A stretch of 59,166 nucleotides of DNA, the filler included, from Catajapyx aquilonaris (lineage: Eukaryota), in assembly GCA_000934665.2 (NCBI GenBank). It is 2 parts of 2 records of this genome, joined end to end, with 100 filler letters (N's around TTAATTAATTAA, not from the genome) between each part and the next. Parts side by side here need not be neighbours in the genome. Positions count along the whole stretch, not along the records: positions 29,625 to 59,166 come from KZ539216.1; 1 more part is not named here. The stretch is one strand, 5' to 3'. A model generated the notes under the pieces. The model saw only the letters and a program-made list of their open reading frames with translations, searched no databases and was not told the DNA's origin. The translations under genes were made by a program, and so were the position numbers. Shown piece by piece: positions 50,736 through 59,166 of the stretch. The first letter of the stretch is position 1. Each line of letters begins with the position of its first letter.

Positions 50736-51111
50736 TTATTATTATTAACTATTATTTATTAATTCCATGGTAACACCTGGAGTCACTCTGTGGGCATCTG
50801 ACGTGATCTAGAAAGTTTTACTTTTTTGGTCAATGGAGAAGTTAAGGAGAACTGCATGTTCTACTGTACTAATTTTGATTCGGTTTCCTTTCCAAGTTTT
50901 ATGCATGTTTGAAGTTTTGAAGTAGGTGGTAGGAGGAGGGTTACAAATAGTGATGTAAGACTTGCAATTGTTAATTTAAGGGGTATCCATAACAAGGAGG
51001 ATATTGTTCGAAGAGCTTTTGCTGATGCTCAGTTAGATATAATGTGCTTGTCTGACACCTTCTGTGCTTCAAAAACGGATTACCACTCGCTGCTTAACAG
51101 TCGTTGCTTCC

Positions 51112-51703
51112 ATATCCTCCTGAGACTCGAGAGGAATTGTGTAACACAATGTCAGTTCTTGTTGCATTTTCTGAACATTTTCCCAATAAGAAACGAGAAA
51201 AAAATTATAGTTCTAAAATATTGACCATAATAATGACAAAAAAACAATGAGCACATTAGGATGAAAGCTGAAAATTTTAATGCCACTTAATGGATCACTA
51301 ACATAGTGCTCTATCCTCCAAACAATGTTTTTTAAATTCATTTGTGGAATTAGTCATAGCAATCCATCTCAGAAGACAATTAAAGATTAATTAAAAATTC
51401 AAGTCCAAAACTTCAGGTATGGGGATTGCTCCTTCCCTTCTTACCTCCTAGCATGGTACGTCGCTATTCTAGATTTTAAAACTGAACTGTAGTGAAAAGC
51501 ACACCTCCTTGTGGGTGTATAGGTACAGGCACTTAAGAGAAAAAATTACAGCCCATTCAGCGGAAATAATTTTTTTTCGGATGTCCACATGGACATTTTG
51601 TCCCAGTAGGACAAGACAATTACCAGTTCTCTACAGCAACAAAGATTGTCACAGACACTTCTCTTTGTATTTCCTAATACACATTCCTTGCGAATCCCAG
51701 GAC
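51112..51703 (+). repeat. Dispersed repeat, copy 2 (see 34005-34630)
   Basis: Colinear similarity to copy 1. Confidence 0.85.
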
Positions 51704-51841
51704 AATCAACAACAATGAAATACTGGCTGTCAAAAGTTTGCAGGCAATGATGCAATCAGGTCTTACGTTAGTCAAGGTAACAATTGCTGCAATTTCAGCT
51801 GTATCTGTGTCTGGGTGTTTATGAACCATATAGTCTAAATA

Positions 51842-52279
51842 CAGGATGAAGGGAAACTCGCACCTAATCGCCGGGTAGACTCATAGCACTCGCAAAACTA
51901 ATAGGGATGCACAATTACTTTTGGGTGCTGTAGCATAGTTAATGCGTACGGCGCATTTAAAGTTTCGTGACATCACATCCGCTCTGCCAGTTTCAAAGAA
52001 GTAAAAGCCAGCTCGAAGGCCTCCGAATTATCCGGCCTTGGTCCCCTAATGCATCTTCCATGTGCAATAGGCAAATCAAATCCCGTCAGAGTAAGAATCC
52101 GGGTGCGACACCCATGCACTTTGTCGTTTTTACCTCATATTTTACCAGGGCCCCTACACTTTAAAGGCGCCGCATGCATTAACTACGCACCGGTGCCCAA
52201 AACTAATTGCACATCCCTGTTAGTTTTGCGTATACTATCAGTCTACCTGGCGATTTGGTGCGAGTTTCCCTTCACCCTG
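51842..52279. mobile_element. Tc1/mariner-type MITE
   Basis: ~120-bp imperfect TIRs CAGGRTGAAGGGAAACTCGCACC...; TA on the left flank. Confidence 0.8.
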
Positions 52280-52305
52280 TGTAACTGGATTTTTGTATCT
52301 ATTAA

Positions 52306-53400
52306 CCTCTTGAGCCCCAGCTATACCTCCATCGCCTAGATTTTCGTTTCTGTTAAATTTACATGTACTCTAAAGATAAAAAATAAGATATTTTACCAAT
52401 AATAACAGCTATACTTACACATTCATGCTCTATGCTATGTATGTGTTTGGAACCAGTTTAATCGTCTACAAGTCCCTAAATTAATTTCCAAAAAGATCAC
52501 TGTAAATTCCATCGCCTAGATTTTCGTTTGCACTTACTCTGAAGATAAGGACAAGATATTTCACAAATAATAACAGATACACTTACACCTTCATGCTCTA
52601 CACTATGAATGCATTGGTAACAATTTTCACTTGTCTAGAAGTCCCTAAATTAATTTTAAAAAGTAATAACTTGTAATTCAATTACTACTGACCAACTGTT
52701 ACCCCATAGCTTAGATTTGCCCTTACATGTTCTCTGAAGATAAGGGCAATATATTTTACAAAATAATAACAGCTATACTTACATGTTCCTTGAAAATGCT
52801 ATGAATGTGTTTGAAACAGTTTTCCTCCTCTAGAAGTTCCTAAGTTAATTTCCAAAAAGATCGCTGTAAAAAACTGGAAATTCGAGAACTGCCGGCCAAC
52901 TGTTAGGCTGATTTAATTATGAAATAGGCCTACATTAAAATATATGGAATATTAACCTTGTATGGAATATTAACCTTGAGAACCTTGCCAGACTAAGTTG
53001 CTGAAATCGTCGTACTTCGTGAGAAATAAATGAATTAGGGAGATTTCCAAAGTAACAGGAAAGCCGCAGATAAGAAATAATTTATTTCTCGCTAAGTACT
53101 ACGATTTCAGCAAATTCGTCTGGCACTACAATATTGTTATTCCGTGTATTTTAACGTATTTCATAATTAAATCGGCCAAGAATTTGGCCGGAAGTACTCG
53201 AATTTCGAGTTTTACAGCGATATTTTTGGAAATTAATATAGAGACTTCTAGACAAGGAAAATTGTTCCAGACACATTCATAGTGTTTTCCCTGATCGGGT
53301 AAGTATATCTGTTATTTTGTGTAAAATATCTTGTCCGTATCTTCAGAGTACTCGTAAGTGGAAAACTAGGCGATGGCGGGTATAGCTGGGGCTCAAGGGG
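52306..53400. mobile_element. piggyBac-like foldback element
   Basis: TTAA flanks; CCYCTTGAGCCCCAGCTATACC termini; three ~180-200-bp subrepeats on the left and one inverted copy on the right. Confidence 0.85.
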
Positions 53401-54015
53401 TTAAGTTCACTTGTAGGGATGAAAAAAAGATATTTAAAGTCCAATTAAAATTAACATTCTGGAGGGTTTCTTATCATCTCCTGTAGCTATATGCAGCAAG
53501 AAAAAAGTAAATTGGCGATTTTAAAAAAATGTTTCACTATGTCATCTAATATACTTATTTTACTGTTAGATATAACTTTCACCAATAATTATCATCATGC
53601 AAAACAAATTCAACCCTGAAGCAGATCCTTTTCAAAAGAAAATGAAATGGTCATTACTTTTTTTAATCATTTCAGTGTCTCGGAGAAATCAAAACCAGAA
53701 ACTAAATCTTGCTTTGGCTAGCTGCAACAATTACTGCATTGCACCAGTTGGCCTTTTGGCAGGCAATACAGCGGGATATTAAGAGCAAGACATCAGATCA
53801 TTTAAAATATCTCGATGGGAGAAGTACATCAGGATCCTCAATCTAGGGGGTGATATCCTTCACTGTTGTAAATGTACAGGCACATAAAGTTGGGGCATTG
53901 ACCCATACTGATTCCTGGGATATATGAGGATATACACAGTATGAACATCCCTGTACCATTTTGAAATTCTAAATACTCCCAAGGGTTTCTTATAAGAGAG
54001 ATTGTGTACTTTATA

Positions 54016-54720
54016 AGAGGGTGAATCAAACAGTAATTCACAACTTTTTTATTTCCGAAGCTTCTCAACAAAAACTGAAACCGAGATATATACATATGAA
54101 AGGACAAGTCTTTCTCTAATATTAGACATATTCACCACACACTTTGGTACACTTGTCCTACTGGGACGCGACATTTTCCATGACACGACAGGAAAAAGCA
54201 TCACGCTGGCTGGGAAGCCAGAGGCTGACAGCCTCTCTCCCTTCCTCGTTGTCGCTGAAGTGCTGACCAGCCAGGTGCTTCTTCAGTGGTACGAAATGAA
54301 GGTCTTAACCATGCTCTACCATCTCTTCAGACAAAAAATGAAGCCCTGCCTTGTCAAGACCTCAGCGACTTGAAAAAAATGTCTGGGAAGCCAGTGGCAG
54401 ATGGCCTCTTTCCCTTCCTCGATGTCTCTGAGGTCTTGACAGGCCAATGCTTCTTTTTTGGCCCAAGATATGATAGACCATGGTAAAGACCATCATTCTG
54501 CACCAATGAAGAGGCACCTGGCTTCCCAGCCAGCCTGACGCTTTTTCCTGCCGTGTCATGGAAAAGTCATGTCTCGGTGGGACAAGTGTACCAAAGTGTG
54601 TGGTGACTATGTCTAATATTAGAGAAAGACTTGTCCTTTCATATGTATATCTCAGTTTCAGTTTCTGTTGTGAAGCTTCTGAAATGAAAAAGTTGTGAAT
54701 TACTTTTCGATTCTCCCTCG
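54016..54720. mobile_element. Mariner-derived foldback MITE
   Basis: ~205-bp inverted arms; (C/A)GAGGG termini; arms encode a mariner transposase C-terminus (SRWDKCTKVCGDYV; LKKHLAGQHF on the minus strand). Confidence 0.85.
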
Positions 54721-54820
54721 AATTAATCTCTCTCTAAGTTTGCAACCATGTCATGTTTCTGTGCAATTGACTGAACAAGATCACCAGCGTAATATACATT
54801 CTCAAAATAAATACCACATG

Positions 54821-55157
54821 GGGAGGTGTGGTGGCCGAGATGGTAAGTCTCGGCTTGCTGAGTGAAAGGTCCCAGGTTCGATCCCCGCCTGGGAGTTTCC
54901 TTTCACCTGCGTCAGGAGGGTCTCTGACCTGCACCAAGGAGGTGTCTGGCAACCTAACCTCCTGGGGAACAGCACATTACCCCTTTTCAGACATTGCACT
55001 TGCACCAATGTTCACTCCCCAACTATCCCTATCATTACCCTATGTCCTTGATTCCTTGCACCGGAGAGTGAAGAAAGCTATACACACACTAGAAAACTGA
55101 TGGTGGTGTGCCACCCCCCTATAAGGGCTTTGAGCTCTATCATGGGGTAAAATTAAA

Positions 55158-55232
<75 letters not shown>
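54821..55232 (+). mobile_element. tRNA-derived SINE with an (AAT)n tail
   Basis: A box TGGCCGAGATGG, B box GGTTCGATCCC, (AAT)~23 tail at 55163-55232. Confidence 0.8.
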
Positions 55233-55233
<1 letters not shown>

Positions 55234-56613
55234 TGGTGATCATACCAGAGCTGTAAAAAAGTCATGTTAACCTTACTTTCATGGTAAATTTGCGATACAC
55301 AATGTGTTCAAAGTATTGGGGTCCTTTTATCACAATTTTTGCCTGAAGTTGTTATTTTTGTGTGGCTCTTTGCACCCAGATCTTGGTGCCCAATTATTCT
55401 TTGATGCAGTTGAGTATCACAGCTGCTACATAACTGACTGTGAGCATCCGTAACATTTCCCCCCAGATTTACATCAAATTATCCGAGTACAAAACTTTCT
55501 CAGCCCAGCAGAACTATTGTACCAGTTAGAGATGTTTATAATATTACAAAAACATTTGTGGTTAAGGCATAAGTATCAGTAACAGGTAATGACAAGGCAT
55601 GAAAATTATGATGACAATAATGAAATGATCCATGATACTGTCATGTCACATGAAGAATAATTTGTGATTACGACACAATGTTTACACTATTCAGAGCAGA
55701 TGATGCTTCACTATGGTACTTGTTATCCCTGACGCTCTGGTCACTGCCACAAGTTTCTTCCAGACCTTGACAACACTGCTTTGTATACCATATGAATAGC
55801 CTACCGGTATTTGTTCATAAGTGTTTTTCTAGCATTATGATGAAGCCTTCAGAGAGGAAAGTTACTATACACTTACTGAAACATTTTTATATGTACTTGT
55901 AAAAATGAATAACTCCACACATGCTTAGGTGAAACAGTACATGGTATTGCTAATGGCCTACAAATAATCCAATGCTTTCAAAACCAGGGTATACCAAAAC
56001 CAGTGCCAATCTTGTGTAATCAGGAAAATCTGCAGCAACCTACTTTATCATATTGCACAGTTGATTAGTCAGTAATTCCCATATGTTAGAAAAACTTGAC
56101 CACAGGTGTGGATACTGATCATTGTCCCACTCGTGAAATCCTGTCTACTGGTAATGCCAAATAATACTACTGACATAAGGGAATTATTGCAGCATATCAA
56201 ACAGCTATTCATCTTAACCCCACACCAATCTCAACTAGACTCTGCATCAAGTTGTTGCCTACTGCAAAATACTTGCCTTCCTCCATCCCCTCTTCTTCGG
56301 TAGGTTCATCATCAATGGAATGGTCCATCTGGTCTTTCTCCGCCGATTCCAGGTCCATAACTGTGGGTAACAGGTGCCTGCAATTGCCGTTCAATCTCTG
56401 TTCTTGTGGAAAAGTAGTACAACCGACAACAAAAGGCAAACGAGATGTTGAGCGTCTCTTCATCTATCTAGGCAACCTGACTGGCTGCGACACTAGCGGC
56501 AAGCAGGTCAAGCAGGAAAAACAGGCTGCTCGATATGGCTTCTCTCCTGCCGCCTATTTACAAACACTCGCTGGGACGTCAGCGTCAGGGCTAAGGGGCA
56601 GGGTCATGTAGGC

Positions 56614-56764
56614 CAGGGGTGGGCAAACTACGGCCCGCGAAGACAATTTGTGCCGCCCGCGCAAAAATTTCGGTACCGGTATTCCTGAAAATGTCGAAAA
56701 ATTAAAATTGCAAAATTTCATGCCTGTGCCTTTATTTTTACAGCTTTTAAATTCACAAAAATAT

Positions 56765-56811
<47 letters not shown>

Positions 56812-57019
56812 CAGGCCATTTTCATTAATATATTTAGCTAATTTTATCGATTTTTAGAGAATTTAATGATAATTTATACAATTAACGGAACTTCATTTAA
56901 AACGATGGATAATTATTTTTAACTTTTTTATAAGTTGAAATCTCTTTTGTTAGATGCGGCATGTCAATTTTTTTTAAATCTCTATGCGGCCCACGGAGAA
57001 AAAAGTTTGCCCACCCCTG
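56614..57019. mobile_element. hAT MITE
   Basis: 16-bp TIR CAGGGGTGGGCAAACT; perfect 8-bp TSD ATGTAGGC; internal (AT)n. Confidence 0.92.
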
Positions 57020-57799
57020 ATGTAGGCTAATAAATCGGGGCTTTCTTTAAGAGGGAGATCGAGCGAGATAGAGACTGCCCTTTCTATTGGAAATAAAATT
57101 AGATACCGGTACCGTATTTCCATTTTAAGAACGGGACACATATTGCTTTTATTTATCTAATATCCAGTAGATAGTGCTGTGTGTATAGCAGATGATAAAA
57201 ATTATAAGAAACTGAATACTACGCGCAGGCAACGTTAGCATTTCAGCAAGGCTGACAAGCAGTTTGCGCTGAAGACTGAAGTGACACACAAGATTATAAC
57301 CCTGTACCGCTCATTGTGGCTTGAGGGCAACAATTAATTTGCCCAGGCGCCATAAACTTCAACGTTGGTCCTGGAAACCACAGTGTGACTGGTGTGACCG
57401 TGTGACTTGATGTCGCAGTTAGTTTGTTAGCTTCCGCTAGATGACGGGCAATGTCGACAAATGACACGGTCAGGATACGGTATGAAGCGGAGAGAAGCCA
57501 AGGTCATTGAAAATGGCGCAAAATTTGAATTTGCTGAAGCAGCAATTGTTTCTGGAGCTGATTAGATATAGGTGCAGATAATAAATATCCAATTGCATGT
57601 GTAACACTGCAAAGAGTAGCTCTCTCGTCGCCATTTGAGGCCATTCTAATTTTGCCAGCACAATTTCATCACAATTTTTTGGCGGCGCAAGCGCAATATT
57701 GCTTGAGGTTGGAGTCCTAAGTCATTGTTCGTATTTTTATTCAAAAACGGTAACAGGTAGGCTACAGATTTGACCATTACCGGTACTATACCTTTTTAA

Positions 57800-58056
57800 G
57801 GTCCGGCGATTACAATTTAGACTGGAATATAGATGGCCCTGTCAAGGGGAGCCGGAAAACGATAGGGGATCGTGACCCCCCCCCCCCATCCCCCCCCCCA
57901 TTCCACCCCCACCCCCCCACCATGATACGACGCGTCGCGACGCGTCGTATCATGGTGGGGGGTGGAATGGTGGGGGTTATGAATCTTATGATCACTGGGC
58001 CCCCTTGCGATATGGATGCCATCTATATATTAGATCAAATTGTAATCGCCGGACGT
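57800..58056. mobile_element. Palindromic MITE with TTAA flanks (Kolobok-like)
   Basis: GTCCGGCGATTACAATTT TIRs; perfect central palindrome CCCCACCATGATACGACGCGTCGCGACGCGTCGTATCATGGTGGGG. Confidence 0.75.
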
Positions 58057-59166
58057 TTAAAACTGATTAGCAAAGGTCATCTCTGTATGTGTTACCGTTT
58101 TTTAATTAAAAAATACTCGCCGTGACTTTTGACTCAGCCCATGTAACTTCAAAGTCATTGGGTCAGAGATCACCAAAACATAATAAAAACCATCCTTACG
58201 TCGCTTATGATGAGAAAAAGGAGTTATAATTTTTTTCTTCCCAAAATCCTAAATGTGTGCAGTACTGGTACAGGATTAAAATCACCAAATTAAAATCATG
58301 CTACCGGGAATTATTTAGTTGTGTGTATTAAGTTAGTTTTTTTTAATCCTCCAAATTCAAGCACCTTATTCGCGACTATACCAACACAAAGAAGAAAAAC
58401 AAATAAATACAAGGAAAAGCTGAAATAACGGTGTCATGTAAATTTCTGTTTTATCTCCGATAAATATATGAACCAAGTATATACTGTAGCATCCAAGAAA
58501 TGTGGCGTATTGAGAACATTAGAGTAGAATTCCAGATTCTTTGTGCATGAATGTCATGCAAAATTTCTTATTTGTCCTTTTTATGGGGGCACTGGGGGAC
58601 AAGCCACGATTCAGATAATCATGTGCAAACAACCAAAGTGTGCAAGAGAAAGAACAAGAAGTATAATAATTATATAGTACCGGTGTGGAACAATGTATGT
58701 TTCGATGCAACATTAATTCCCAGGTGTGGTCGAATATAACATCGAGTGTAATATTTGGTGCAGTTTGCCACCTGGTGGTCTCAAGATCGGGGCGCAAAAG
58801 CTACACAAAAATAACAGTTTCGGCGAAAGTTCCAATAACTAAAGGGATCCCTATATACACGCTATACTCCCGATTATTCGGGTGTGAATTATCCGTGTTG
58901 TGGATTATCCTTGCATCACCAAAAAAAAAAGTTATAATTAAAAGTCCGAAAAAAATGTCAATATATCACGCAAACAAAGAATTAATGTAACAGACTTTTT
59001 CCAGAAGAAAAACTGTAAATTTATGGTAAGTTTTATTATTTTGATTCCACCTTTTTAAAGCAGCATATAATAATTGAAGGGGTCGGTGCAATACTGCCCT
59101 AACCCTCCAAAACCTGATTTCGAGAAAAACGCATTTGAAAGTTTGAGATGACCCATAAATCACATT

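Noticed and set aside
55835..55865. Hammerhead-like TGATGAAGCC...GGAAA
   Set aside because: The core lacks the conserved C and the flanking stems.

Overview
Eukaryotic genomic DNA, most likely from an arthropod: spliceosomal introns are mostly 55-65 nt, there are (TTAGG)n tracts, and there is a divergent ionotropic receptor. It is not prokaryotic and contains no CRISPR array. The left half (4.5-28.1 kb) is a compact gene cluster: an intronless divergent ionotropic receptor, wolframin (WFS1), VIP36/LMAN2, NMNAT, B4GALT7, an RDH11-14-like SDR and three tandem SPEF1 paralogues. The right half (29-59 kb) is mostly transposon debris: SINEs, MITEs of several superfamilies, three Helitrons, a decayed Gypsy element interrupted by a solo LTR, and R1-like LINE pieces. 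Best leads: (1) a ~280-bp TSD-flanked non-coding retroposon whose 5' part can fold into a compact multi-stem RNA, a candidate ribozyme or leader; (2) a pair of duplicated, mutually exclusive exons encoding the substrate-binding loop of the SDR; (3) a SPEF1 triplet with RFX/Forkhead-type motifs; (4) an alternative NMNAT C-terminus ending in a PDZ-type ligand; (5) a duplicated WFS1 5' end placed in front of the receptor gene. Exon coordinates were read by hand. Family names come from motif recognition, not database searches.
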